A stretch of 64,000 nt of DNA from a candidate division FCPU426 bacterium (GTDB taxonomy: Bacteria > Oederibacteriota > Muellerivitia > Muellerivitales > Muellerivitaceae): the NCBI GenBank assembly GCA_963847625.1, contig CAWKAR010000022.1:23012-87011 (forward strand), written 5' to 3'. A model generated the notes under the pieces. That model made no database searches. It was not told the origin of the DNA and saw nothing but the letters and a program-made list of their open reading frames with translations. Below are positions 29,873 through 39,376 of this stretch, piece after piece; position 1 is the first letter of the stretch; each line of letters begins with the position of its first letter. The position numbers were made by a program, and so were the translations under genes.

Positions 29873-30627
29873 CAGGGTTTCGTCTTCTCAAAGGTAAAAA
29901 GTTTCGTTTTCCATAACCCCATCCGCGCCAGGCGGAACTGGAGGGCCGTCCAGAGGCATCCTAAGCCATAGTTTAGACTGCGCATGAAGTTGATGGAGGA
30001 AGCCTCGGGGAAATACTTGGTGGGACAAGTGACTTCAGCGATCCTGAACCTGAGAAAATGAATTTGCGAGAGCATCTGGTTATCGAAAATAAAGTCGTCC
30101 GAGTCTTGTTGGATGGGCACGGTTTCAAGCACCTGGCGCGTAAAGACCCGATATCCTGTGTGGTATTCGGACAGCTTGGCCCCCATCAGGAAATTCTGGG
30201 TCAGGGTCAAGAAACGATTGCTGAGGTACTTGTAAAAAGGCATTCCCCCCTTAAGGGCTTGTCCCCCCAAAATACGGGAACCCAGCACCACGTCGTAAAG
30301 GCCCGAGTCCAAAAGATAGGCCATGGATGAAATGAGTTTCGGGGTGTATTGGTAGTCCGGGTGGAGCATTACGACGATGTCGGCGCCGCTTTGCAAGGCG
30401 GCCTTATAACAGGTCTTTTGGTTTCCCCCGTAGCCCCGGTTTTCGGGATGCACGATGGTCTTGATTCCCAATTCCAGGGCCACCCGGGCCGTAAAATCCC
30501 GGCTGGCGTCGTCCACCAGGATGACCTCGTCCACGATGTCCTTGGGAACTTCCGCGTAAGTCTGTTCCAAGGTCTTTTCGGCATTATAGGCCGGCATGAC
30601 AACGACTATTTTTTTTCCGTGGATCAC
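29872..30627 (-). CDS. GT2 polyprenol-phosphate glycosyltransferase (DPM1-like)
   Basis: VVMPAYNAE, VDDASRD, NRGYGGNQK, HPDYQY, GSR, YHTGYR. Confidence 0.93.
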   Translation of the reverse strand: MIHGKKIVVVMPAYNAEKTLEQTYAEVPKDIVDEVILVDDASRDFTARVALELGIKTIVHPENRGYGGNQKTCYKAALQSGADIVVMLHPDYQYTPKLISSMAYLLDSGLYDVVLGSRILGGQALKGGMPFYKYLSNRFLTLTQNFLMGAKLSEYHTGYRVFTRQVLETVPIQQDSDDFIFDNQMLSQIHFLRFRIAEVTCPTKYFPEASSINFMRSLNYGLGCLWTALQFRLARMGLWKTKLFTFEKTKP

Positions 30628-30700
30628 GCTTTTTCCTTTTTCCGTATAAGTTTTGCTAAATCACAAGACTGGATTTCTATGCTTTTCTTTTTTCTCTGGG

Positions 30701-30955
30701 TTATCGGGAAGGCCGCAAAAGCCGAATAACCACCAATAACACAACCGCCCCCAAGATTGAAATCGCGAGGTTTCCCAATAGTCCTTCAGCGATATGGATA
30801 TGAAGGGTATTGGCCAAAAAGCCCCCGATCAAGGCCCCTAAAATACCCACCACCATATCGGGAAGGACGCCCATCCCCTTACCTTGAACCAGGATACTGG
30901 CCAGCCAGCCGGTAACCAAACCCACCAAAGCTGTCCATATCAAATGATGTTCCAT
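30701..30955 (-). CDS. GlsB/YeaQ/YmgE family membrane protein
   Basis: GLVTGWLA...VVGILGALIGG...ILGAVVLL pattern; SD AAGGAGG. Confidence 0.9.
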   Translation of the reverse strand: MEHHLIWTALVGLVTGWLASILVQGKGMGVLPDMVVGILGALIGGFLANTLHIHIAEGLLGNLAISILGAVVLLVVIRLLRPSR

Positions 30956-31011
30956 TCCAATCCTCCTTCAAGGTCTTAAGAAACCCAACGAGTTAAACCG
31001 AAAAATTCAAA

Positions 31012-31794
31012 TTATCGGAGGGCCTTTAAGACTTGGTTGTGGGTCAGGCCGTTGCTGGAGACGGCATTCCCTCCATATATAGTGTTCCTGCCCGATAGAT
31101 CGGTGAATTTACCGCCAGCTTCCTCCACGCAAATCTTGATAGCCGCTACGTCATAGGGTTTCACGAGCGGATCCACCATGGCTTCCACCATCCCCTGGAT
31201 CACCAGGGAATGCCCGAAGCAATCCCCGAAACCGCGGTCGTCATAGCATTTCGCGACTAACCGGCCCAGCTTGGGCCTGTAGGATAAAGGAACCAGTCTT
31301 AAACCTCCGTAAGTCAGGGTGCCCCCTTTCAAATGGGGAATTTTAGACACCCGGGATCTTTTTCCATTGGTGTAACAACCTATTCCCCTGGCCGCCTCAA
31401 TCGTGAGCCGGTAGGCCGGATGATGGATTACCCCGGCAATGACTTCCCCCCGGTATTCCAAGGCCACCAATGTTCCCCAAAAAGGAATACCCCGGATAAA
31501 TTGCCTGGTTCCATCCACAGGGTCGATCCACCAGCGGAATTCCGCTTTCTGACGTTTATCCCAACCGTATTCCTCCCCACACAACTGGTGAGAAGGATGC
31601 GCCTTGCCGATGATCCGGCGGATCACTTGTTCAGCTTCCCGGTCAGCCCGAGTCACAGGAGACCGGTCGATCTTTTTGGAAATCGAAACATTTTTTCGGA
31701 AATACTTGAGCGCCCTTATCCCCCCCTGGCTTGTGGCCTGATGGGCAAGGGCCAGGAAAGTTTTTAATTGATCGCGGGAAAAGGATGAAGGCAT
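31012..31794 (-). CDS. hisN: inositol monophosphatase family protein, HisN-like histidinol-phosphatase
   Basis: SPVTRADREAE, GEEYG, WWIDPVDGT..FIRGIP.WGTL, RGFGD, PYDVAA. Confidence 0.8.
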   Translation of the reverse strand: MPSSFSRDQLKTFLALAHQATSQGGIRALKYFRKNVSISKKIDRSPVTRADREAEQVIRRIIGKAHPSHQLCGEEYGWDKRQKAEFRWWIDPVDGTRQFIRGIPFWGTLVALEYRGEVIAGVIHHPAYRLTIEAARGIGCYTNGKRSRVSKIPHLKGGTLTYGGLRLVPLSYRPKLGRLVAKCYDDRGFGDCFGHSLVIQGMVEAMVDPLVKPYDVAAIKICVEEAGGKFTDLSGRNTIYGGNAVSSNGLTHNQVLKALR

Positions 31795-31895
31795 GGCGGG
31801 GCTATTTTACAGGTGGGGTTGGGGGCGGAAAACAAAAAAGGACGCCCTTCTGCGCCTTCTTTTATGAATTATATTTCGTTTAGCAGTGAATAATA

Positions 31896-32372
31896 TCAAG
31901 CCAGGCGGGAAATATCGTTCAAAGCCTTGGGAAAAAGCCTGATAAGTTCTTGTTTTTCTCCTAGGGTTAAGTCCTCGAATTCAAAACCCGGTGCCACGGT
32001 CATGCCCATCAACGCGAAATTGCCTCCCTCGTTCAAATAACCCCCGAACCAAGTTCCGGCTTTCACCACCGTTTGAAGTTGCTGGCCATGCTCCACTAGG
32101 CTCCCCATGACGGTTTTCTCGGTCTTTCCGTTTTCCTTTAACAAAACCCAAGTAACCGGATCGCCCAGGTAGAAATGAATCACCTCGTCGGAAAGTAGTT
32201 TATGCAGTTTTGAAACCGATCCGGAAACCAGCAGATAATAAATGGATGTGGAATAAACCCGCTCCGGATTGATTCCCGGGATGGATACGGGGCTTTTATA
32301 GGTTTCCCGGAAAAACCCCCCCTCGGGATGGGGTTTTAAATTCAGGATTTTGACCAATTGATCTGCGGTCAT
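31896..32372 (-). CDS. cupin domain protein (DUF985/Cupin_5)
   Basis: LKPHPEGGFFRETY, TSIYYLL, SDEVIHFYLG, VAPGFEFED. Confidence 0.92.
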   Translation of the reverse strand: MTADQLVKILNLKPHPEGGFFRETYKSPVSIPGINPERVYSTSIYYLLVSGSVSKLHKLLSDEVIHFYLGDPVTWVLLKENGKTEKTVMGSLVEHGQQLQTVVKAGTWFGGYLNEGGNFALMGMTVAPGFEFEDLTLGEKQELIRLFPKALNDISRLA

Positions 32373-32431
32373 TTAAATAAACCTCAGCCTCTCAGGTACT
32401 TATTCCAGGCAACTTTTTTAAAATAAAAAAT

Positions 32432-33529
32432 TCAAACCCCAAAGGAAACGTTGATTTTTTTGGCGGTCAGGACCAGCTCATGGCCCAGCGGAACCTTGCT
32501 TATTTTCCCACCCACTTCGGAAATAGGCACTGATCCCAAGACCCCATGATGCCAGGTGACCATCCGGCCGAAATGCCGTTTCAACACCAGTTCCATGGCC
32601 CGCACCCCGAAAAGGGTGGCCAATATCCTGTCAAAGGAAGTCGGCGTGCCCCCCCGAAGGACATGGCCCAGGATGACGGCCCTAGTTTCCATCCCCGACT
32701 TGGATTCCAAGCGCTCGGCGAGCACCCGGCTGATTCCGCCGAGGCGTATTTTTTCCGGGGACATCGGATTGACCCGGTCCACCACTATCTTGCCCTTGCG
32801 GGGATAAGCTCCCTCCGCCACCACGATGATGCTGCTTTTCCTCCCCCGGTTATACCGGTCTTCGATGACTTCGAGTATTTTCCCTTCATCATAGGGGATC
32901 TCCGGGATGAGGATGATGTCCGCGCCTCCTGCGATTCCCGACCTCAAGGCCAACCAGCCGGCGTAGCGGCCCATCACCTCCACTACCATGACCCGGTGGT
33001 GGGAAGCTGCGGTGGTATGGAGGCGGTCAATGGCCTCTGTGGCGATGTGGACCGCCGTATCGTGGCCGAAGGCCTGGTCCGTTCCGACCAAGTCGTTGTC
33101 GATGGTCTTGGGAACCCCCACGACGTGCAAACCCTTGCGGCTGAACCGCTCTGCCACGGTCATGGTGCCGTCCCCGCCCAAAACCACCAGGACTTCGATG
33201 CCATGGTTATTGAGGTTCTCGAGAACCTCATTGCTCCGATTCCGGCGGAGAATCCGGCCGTAAGGGTCCTTTTCCAGCATCCGGAAAGGGTCGTCCTTGT
33301 TGGAGGAGCCTAGGATGGTCCCGCCTAAAGTCAGGATATTGGAAACGTCGTCGTTTCCCAATATCTTGGTGGAATCTTGCATCATGCCCAGGAACCCGTC
33401 CCTGAACCCGATGACCTCGATTCCCTCACAAACCGCGCTTCGGACGACCGCCCGGATCACGGCGTTCAAACCAGGGCAATCGCCGCCGCCGGTTAGAATG
33501 CCGATTCGTTTGATGCGGGAGGGGGACAT
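32432..33529 (-). CDS. pfkA: 6-phosphofructokinase (group III, likely ATP-dependent)
   Basis: TGGGDCPGLN, GGDGT, PKTIDND, EVMGR, LGHVLRGG. Confidence 0.93.
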   Translation of the reverse strand: MSPSRIKRIGILTGGGDCPGLNAVIRAVVRSAVCEGIEVIGFRDGFLGMMQDSTKILGNDDVSNILTLGGTILGSSNKDDPFRMLEKDPYGRILRRNRSNEVLENLNNHGIEVLVVLGGDGTMTVAERFSRKGLHVVGVPKTIDNDLVGTDQAFGHDTAVHIATEAIDRLHTTAASHHRVMVVEVMGRYAGWLALRSGIAGGADIILIPEIPYDEGKILEVIEDRYNRGRKSSIIVVAEGAYPRKGKIVVDRVNPMSPEKIRLGGISRVLAERLESKSGMETRAVILGHVLRGGTPTSFDRILATLFGVRAMELVLKRHFGRMVTWHHGVLGSVPISEVGGKISKVPLGHELVLTAKKINVSFGV

Positions 33530-33531
33530 TT

Positions 33532-34047
33532 TTACTTGATGCCGAGAAGCTCGACGTCAAAGATCAAGGTGGCGTTCGGGGGAATGGCATTGCCCGCGCC
33601 GCGTTCGCCGTAGCCCAATTCGGACGGAATGGTCAATTTGCGTTTTTCGCCGACCTTCATGCCAGCCACGCCCTCATCCCATCCCTTGATGACATTCCCA
33701 GCCCCCAGGTTGAACTCGAAAGGTTGCCCCCGGTCCACCGAGCTGTCGAACTTGGTTCCGTTGGTCAGCCATCCGGTGTAATGAACCGAAACCGTTTGGC
33801 CGGCTTGGGCGGCGGGGCCCTTCCCTTTCTTCAAGATTTGGTATTTCAGGCCGGAAGCGGTCGTCACCACCTTGGAAGCAGCTTTGGCTTTCTTGGAAAC
33901 GACTTTGGACGTCGAGGCAGTCGGGGTCTGCTTATCCGCCGGGGTTTTGCCCGCGGATGTATTGTCCTGCGCCTTCGAGTAACTGGCCATAAAAGTTAAT
34001 ACTCCTATCAAAGAGATAAAGGCAAAAATGGCTTTACGGTAAAACAT
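33532..34047 (-). CDS. secreted FKBP-type peptidyl-prolyl isomerase
   Basis: [42 protein letters not shown]; ATG 34047 after GGAGGA. Confidence 0.96.
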   Translation of the reverse strand: MFYRKAIFAFISLIGVLTFMASYSKAQDNTSAGKTPADKQTPTASTSKVVSKKAKAASKVVTTASGLKYQILKKGKGPAAQAGQTVSVHYTGWLTNGTKFDSSVDRGQPFEFNLGAGNVIKGWDEGVAGMKVGEKRKLTIPSELGYGERGAGNAIPPNATLIFDVELLGIK

Positions 34048-34199
34048 GTAAATCCTCCCTGGCGATGATTGAACAAACCGCAAGAAAGTATAACCGAAGG
34101 AATAATCGAATGGACCGGGAAAATAGAGGCACAGAAAAACCTTTTGCTCATCTTCCTGACAGGATGCAGGAAGGTTCAAGTTCAGGCAAGTGAACCGCC

Positions 34200-34227
34200 T
34201 TGTCAAGCCCCTGAATATTATTATAAT
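34200..34227 (+). promoter_or_regulatory. sigma70-type promoter
   Basis: TTGTCA-16nt-TATAAT upstream of the 34260 ORF. Confidence 0.6.
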
Positions 34228-34259
34228 GTCACTCCCATTCATTATCGCGGAGACAGGTC

Positions 34260-34469
34260 ATGGCCATCCCAGGATATATCGACTACAAGCGCAGGGAATT
34301 TTGCAAGGACGTGAAGTGCCCTGTCCAGGTGGAAATGGACATAAAAAAAGAGGGTACAGAGGAATATGAAAAGCTGAGGCGGGACTGCCAGGTTGCCTGC
34401 CGCTACACCACCTATCAATTTCACCACTGGCTCATCAAAAAAGGCTATGAAATCGCAAGGCCGGCGTAA
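34260..34469 (+). CDS. small Cys/His-rich hypothetical protein
   Basis: CKDVKC...CQVAC...FHHW; SD GGAG; first gene of operon. Confidence 0.8.
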   Translation: MAIPGYIDYKRREFCKDVKCPVQVEMDIKKEGTEEYEKLRRDCQVACRYTTYQFHHWLIKKGYEIARPA

Positions 34470-34490
34470 CTTCATTTCAGGAGGCGTGTT

Positions 34491-35286
34491 ATGGACTGGG
34501 GCAAAAAAAACCGACTTTCCAAACTGATCCAAAGGGACGGGCATTGTTTTTACATGCCCATTGACCACGGGTATTTTCTGGGGCCCACCCGCTACCTTGA
34601 AAAACCCGGGGAAACCATCAAGCCCCTGCTGGAATACTGCGACGCCCTCTTTCGTGACCAGGGGCGTCCTACGCGCCTGCGTGATCCCGGAAGGCAGCAA
34701 GCCGATCATCCTGAGGGTGTCGGGCGGCACGAGCGTGATTGGCAAGGACCTGGCCAACGAATCGATCACCACTTCCATCGAGGAAATCATCCGCCTCAAC
34801 GCGACCGCTGTCGGGCTTTCGGTATTCATTGGCAGCGATTATGAGAACCAGACCCTGATGAACCTCTCCAAGCTTGTCAATGAATGCGCAACCTACGGGA
34901 TACCCGTGATGGCCGTGACAGCCGTGGGCAAGGAGTTGGAAAAACGGGATGCCCGCTACCTGGGTCTCTGCTGCCGCATCGCCGCCGAATTGGGGGCCGA
35001 CGTGGTGAAGACCTACTGGTGCCCCGATGGGTTCGACAAGGTCGTGGCTGGTTGCCCCGTGCCGGTGGTGATGGCCGGCGGGCCCAAATGCGAGACCCAG
35101 AAGGAAGTCTTTGATTTCGTGTACGACGGCATGCAGAAAGGCGCCATCGGCCTCAACCTCGGCCGGAACGTCTGGCAGGACCCGCATCCGGTCGCGGTCG
35201 AGAGGGCATTGTGGGGTATCATCCATGAAAAAAAGAACGCCAAGCAGGCATTTGATCTTTACAACGAAGTCAAGAACTCGAAATAA
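34491..35286 (+). CDS. lsrF: LsrF-like class I aldolase/thiolase (one +1 frameshift at ~34650)
   Basis: MDWGKKNRL...DHGYFLGPT, then VTRGVLR, AAELGADVVKTY, VMAGGPK, GRNVWQ in the shifted frame. Confidence 0.85.
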
Positions 35287-35298
35287 GAGCGGTTTAAA

Positions 35299-36325
35299 AT
35301 GCGCGTAGCGATGTATTACAAAAACAACGATGTTCGCCTGCAGGAAATGCCAGCTCCGAAAATCGGGCCCTGGGGAAATGCTCGTGAAGATACAAGCCAG
35401 CGGCATCTGCGGCAGCGACGTCCTGGAATGGTACCGCATCAAGAAGGCCCCCCTCGTGCTCGGGCATGAGGTCACAGGGGATGTCACCGAAGTGGGCGCG
35501 GGAGTGGAAAAATACAAGGTCGGGGACCGGGTCGCCGTTTCCCACCATGTCCCCTGCAACACCTGCCGATATTGCCTCAGCGGCAACCACACCGTCTGCG
35601 AAACCCTTCACACCACCCATTTTGACCCCGGCGGCTTTTCGGAATATGTCCGGGTACCCAAGATCAACGTGGACCGGGGGGTCTTTTTACTTCCTCCCGA
35701 AGTCTCCTACGAAGAGGGCTCCTTCATGGAACCGCTGGGATGCGTCCTGAGGGGGCAGAGGCTGGCGCGCCTGATGCCCGGGCAGACGGTGCTGGTGATG
35801 GGCAGCGGAATCTCAGGCCTCCTCCACGTGATGCTGGCAAAAGCCCTCGGTGCGGGCAGGGTTATCGCCACCGACGTTAGCCAGTACCGCCTGAACGCCG
35901 CCAGGAATCTGGGAGCCGACGCTCTCATCAACGCCAAGGAAGACGTGCCTTCGCGCCTGCTCGAGCTTAACGAAGGCAGACGGGCCGATCTTGTCATCGT
36001 TTGCACGGGAGCCATGCCGGCGTTCACGCAGGCCCTGAAGTCAGTGGACCATGGCGGTACCCTCATGTATTTCGCCACCACCGGCCCCGGGGAGACCCTG
36101 CCGGTGCCGATCAATGATTACTGGCGCAACGGCATCACCCTCCTGCCGTCCTACGGCAACAGCCCTTATGACGGCGAGGTCGCTATTTCGCTGATCCATT
36201 CGGGCAGGGTTCCGGTCAAAAAAATGATTACCCACCGCCTAGGCCTGGCGGAAGCGGCTCAGGGGTTTCAACTCGTCGCCAGCGCCGGGGAATCAATCAA
36301 AGTGATTATCGAACCCCAGAGATAG
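35299..36325 (+). CDS. Zn-dependent alcohol/polyol dehydrogenase (one +1 frameshift at ~35365-35370)
   Basis: MRVAMYYKNNDVRLQE start, then GICGSD, GHE, CNTCRYC...C, GSGISG. Confidence 0.9.
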
Positions 36326-36339
36326 ATATCCGCCTCACG

Positions 36340-36368
36340 TTGACAGGCCCTCCTCCCGCGCCTAAGAT
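36340..36368 (+). promoter_or_regulatory. sigma70-type promoter
   Basis: TTGACA-17nt-TAAGAT upstream of the ABC ATPase. Confidence 0.7.
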
Positions 36369-36386
36369 GCACCCTTTATATTCACC

Positions 36387-37403
36387 ATGAAAACAGCCAT
36401 CCGGGTTCAAAACCTATCGAAAAGCTTCAAGCGCCGCATCCGCCAGCCGGGCCTGGCCGGTGCTTTCAAGGCCCTTTTTTCCAGCCGTAGCGAGGAGCTT
36501 TACGCCGTCAGGAACCTCTCCTTTTCCATCCAACGGGGTGAGCGGGTGGGGTTGATCGGCGAGAATGGGGCGGGAAAATCCACTACCCTCAAGATGCTCA
36601 CGGGCATCCTAGTCCCCACCGGGGGAGAGTTGGAGGTCCTGGACCTCGTCCCCTGGAAGGAAAGGTCCCAGCTGGCCCTGAACATCGGGGTGGTCTTCGG
36701 CCAGCGACCCCAGCTTTTGTGGGATATCCCGGTTCGTGAGACCTTCCAGCTGTTGAAAACCATGTACCGGATCCCCTCCGACGTTTACGAGGCGGTTTAC
36801 GGCGAGGCCTTGAAAAGATTGGGCCTGGAGCCCCTTCTGTCCACTCCCGTACGCCACCTTTCCCTCGGACAGCGCATGCGCTGTGACCTGACCGCGGCTC
36901 TCCTTCACGCGCCCGCCGTGGCCTTCCTCGACGAACCCACCATCGGATTGGATCTTTCCGTCCGGGAACAGGTCCGGGAATTTATCACCGATATCCAGGA
37001 AAAATTCGGCACCACCCTCTTGATCACCACCCACGACCTGAAGGACATCACCGAAACCTGCGACCGCCTTCTGTTGCTGGACAATGGAAAATTGCTTTTC
37101 GACGGTTCCCTCCTGGCCTTCGAGAAGAAGTACGCGAGCGACCGCCGCATCGTGGCCGAACTTCAAAAGCCGGTGAGTGCGGAGGAAGTCCGAAACCTTT
37201 CCAAGGAAATCGCCTCTCTGGGAGGCACCCTCAAGGAAGCCCTGGGCCACCGGATCATCGTGGAACATAAGGAAGAAACCTCCGTTCCGGCGCTGACCCA
37301 GCTTCTTTTAAGCCGGCTCCCCGTGGTGGACCTGAACCTGGAAAAGACCGACATCGAGACCATTGTCACCCGGATATACCGTCAACCGGACGGGGAGGAC
37401 TGA
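36387..37403 (+). CDS. ABC exporter ATP-binding protein
   Basis: GENGAGKST, LSLGQRMR, FLDEPTIGLD, TTHD. Confidence 0.95.
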   Translation: MKTAIRVQNLSKSFKRRIRQPGLAGAFKALFSSRSEELYAVRNLSFSIQRGERVGLIGENGAGKSTTLKMLTGILVPTGGELEVLDLVPWKERSQLALNIGVVFGQRPQLLWDIPVRETFQLLKTMYRIPSDVYEAVYGEALKRLGLEPLLSTPVRHLSLGQRMRCDLTAALLHAPAVAFLDEPTIGLDLSVREQVREFITDIQEKFGTTLLITTHDLKDITETCDRLLLLDNGKLLFDGSLLAFEKKYASDRRIVAELQKPVSAEEVRNLSKEIASLGGTLKEALGHRIIVEHKEETSVPALTQLLLSRLPVVDLNLEKTDIETIVTRIYRQPDGED

Positions 37404-37405
37404 CC

Positions 37406-38236
37406 ATGAGGGCCCTCGCCTCTCCCCTGAACTTTTCGGAAAAAATCTTCGGTTATTTCGCCCTCTTGAACCGGGCCCTCAAGGCCAATTTCGCCTATCG
37501 TTCCACCACGTTTCTCGGCCTTTTCACGGCCTCCCTGAGCTATGGGATCACGGTACTGGTCTGGAACCACGTCTACGTCCAGAGAGGGTCCACCCTGGCC
37601 TTGCCCAAGGCTGAGATGTTCTCCTACCTGGCTCTGGCCTTTTGCCTCAACTACGTCCTTTCCATCAACATCGACCAGAGGGTGGGCCAGCGTATCCGGA
37701 TGGGTCTGATCGCCACCGACCTGTTGAAACCCGTTGATTTTCAGTTGTCCCAGGCGGTCCAAGCCTTGAGCGACAGCCTTTTCAATAGTTTCGTGGGTCT
37801 GGGCATCCTGGCGGTGGTGGCTTTCCTGTTAGGCCCCATGATCCTTCCCAAAAGCCCAGAGGCTTTTTGCTTGTTCTTCATCAGCCTTTTTCTGGCTTTC
37901 CTGGTCCAATACTCCATTGTTTTCATCTTTATTCAGGGGGCTTTTTACACCTACAGCGGCTACGGAATTTTCGCCTCCCGCATCGCCCTCCACCAAACTT
38001 TTTCAGGTTTGCAGGCGCCCCTCACCCTTTATCCCCCCATCCTTTTTTCCATCGGCCGTTGGCTTCCCTTCCAGCACGTCGTTTACACGCCGATCTCCCT
38101 TTACATGGGAAAGGTGCAGGGGGAGGCGGCGTGGAACCTTTTGGGCGAGCAGGCCCTTTGGGCCTTTGGCCTATATTTCACCGGAAAATGGGTCTTGCGA
38201 AAGGCTTTAGGGCAGTTGGAAATTCAGGGCGGTTGA
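37406..38236 (+). CDS. ABC-2 family permease (DUF990-like)
   Basis: AYR, GLIATDLLKP, SG...PL..YP, LPFQHVVYTP, C-terminal IQGG. Confidence 0.88.
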   Translation: MRALASPLNFSEKIFGYFALLNRALKANFAYRSTTFLGLFTASLSYGITVLVWNHVYVQRGSTLALPKAEMFSYLALAFCLNYVLSINIDQRVGQRIRMGLIATDLLKPVDFQLSQAVQALSDSLFNSFVGLGILAVVAFLLGPMILPKSPEAFCLFFISLFLAFLVQYSIVFIFIQGAFYTYSGYGIFASRIALHQTFSGLQAPLTLYPPILFSIGRWLPFQHVVYTPISLYMGKVQGEAAWNLLGEQALWAFGLYFTGKWVLRKALGQLEIQGG

Positions 38237-38259
38237 AGAAAAATTCGTTCTGGAGTTTT

Positions 38260-39045
38260 ATGTTATCGGAATTGAAAATTTACTGGGCGACCTTTAACGC
38301 TTCGCTTCAGGCAAAGCTGGAGTACAAGCTGGATTTCCTGTTGGGTATCTTCACCTCCACCATGCTCCAATTGGCCGCGTTGGGTTTCCTTTGGGTCGTC
38401 TTCCACCAAACAACCAGCCTCCAAGGTTGGAACCAGACTCAGGTCCTGCTGCTCTTCGGCCTGACCGCCATGTCCCTGGGTCTATCTGAGCTTTTTTTCA
38501 ACCATATTTGGATGGTGCCTTATTACATCGTCATGGGAGACCTGGACCGGCTGTTGGTTTATCCCGTGAAATCCCTTCCCTTTCTTTTGATTTCCCGGCC
38601 GGAGCTTCACTCCTTCGGAAACATGGCCACCGGATTGATCTTTACCGCAGTCTCCTTGGGAGCCCAACACATGCCCTGGTGGGATTGGGCCCTTGTTCCC
38701 CTTTGGGTCCTCAGTGGTTCGCTTATTTATACCTCGGTGTTGGTGATTTTTTGCAGCCTTTCCTTCAAGTTCGTGGGGCCCTATAGCTATACCCTGATGG
38801 TTCCCCACACCCTGCTCCAGGCCAGCCGCTACCCCTTGAGTATTTTTCCCGCTTGGGTGCATTACACGCTTTTGTTCCTGGTTCCTTACGGCGTTTTCAA
38901 CTACCTGCCTGGTAACTGGGTATTCGGGAAGATCCTCTCGCCCGGTTACGTCCTCATCACGCCCCTGGTGGCCATCCTTTGCATGACCGTGGCCCAAAAA
39001 GCATGGACCTGGGGACTCACGCACTACCAAAGTACGGGCTCCTAA
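38260..39045 (+). CDS. ABC-2 family permease (DUF990-like)
   Basis: LEYKLDF, GWN, GDLDRLLVYP, YPLSIFP, C-terminal YQSTGS; ATG 38260 after GGAG. Confidence 0.88.
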   Translation: MLSELKIYWATFNASLQAKLEYKLDFLLGIFTSTMLQLAALGFLWVVFHQTTSLQGWNQTQVLLLFGLTAMSLGLSELFFNHIWMVPYYIVMGDLDRLLVYPVKSLPFLLISRPELHSFGNMATGLIFTAVSLGAQHMPWWDWALVPLWVLSGSLIYTSVLVIFCSLSFKFVGPYSYTLMVPHTLLQASRYPLSIFPAWVHYTLLFLVPYGVFNYLPGNWVFGKILSPGYVLITPLVAILCMTVAQKAWTWGLTHYQSTGS

Positions 39046-39064
39046 ATAAAACCGGCCTGAAAAT

Positions 39065-39098
39065 AAAAAAACCCGGGGACCAACTGCTTCCCCGGGTT
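39065..39098 (-). terminator. intrinsic terminator between convergent operons
   Basis: AACCCGGG/CCCGGGTT stem followed by a T-tract on the minus strand. Confidence 0.65.
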
Positions 39099-39376
39099 GC
39101 CTACCTATACTTACTTTTGCTCATGGCCTGGGGATCATTCCCCGGGCAGGAAGGCCATAAAACTCTCTGATAAGGTTTTTTTTCATACCGGAAAGGGTCC
39201 GGCGTTTCAGATTGCCGTGTTACCTTTCTACCCTCTAGACGGCGAAAGTGAAATTTAATCCAAAAAAAGTGAATTTTTTTATCAAACCCATATTTAAAAT
39301 TCAGGGATTTGCTTAATACCCCCGGTTTTATTGAGGTTTAACCTGAAAAAAGGGGCTTCTACAAATGACTTCCGAG

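Noticed and set aside
34669-35592. 307-aa minus-strand ORF
   Set aside because: Antisense shadow of lsrF and the dehydrogenase
39100-39376. Possible sRNA or 16-aa peptide before the minus-strand terminator
   Set aside because: Only small hairpins, no clear SD or promoter; could simply be 3' UTR
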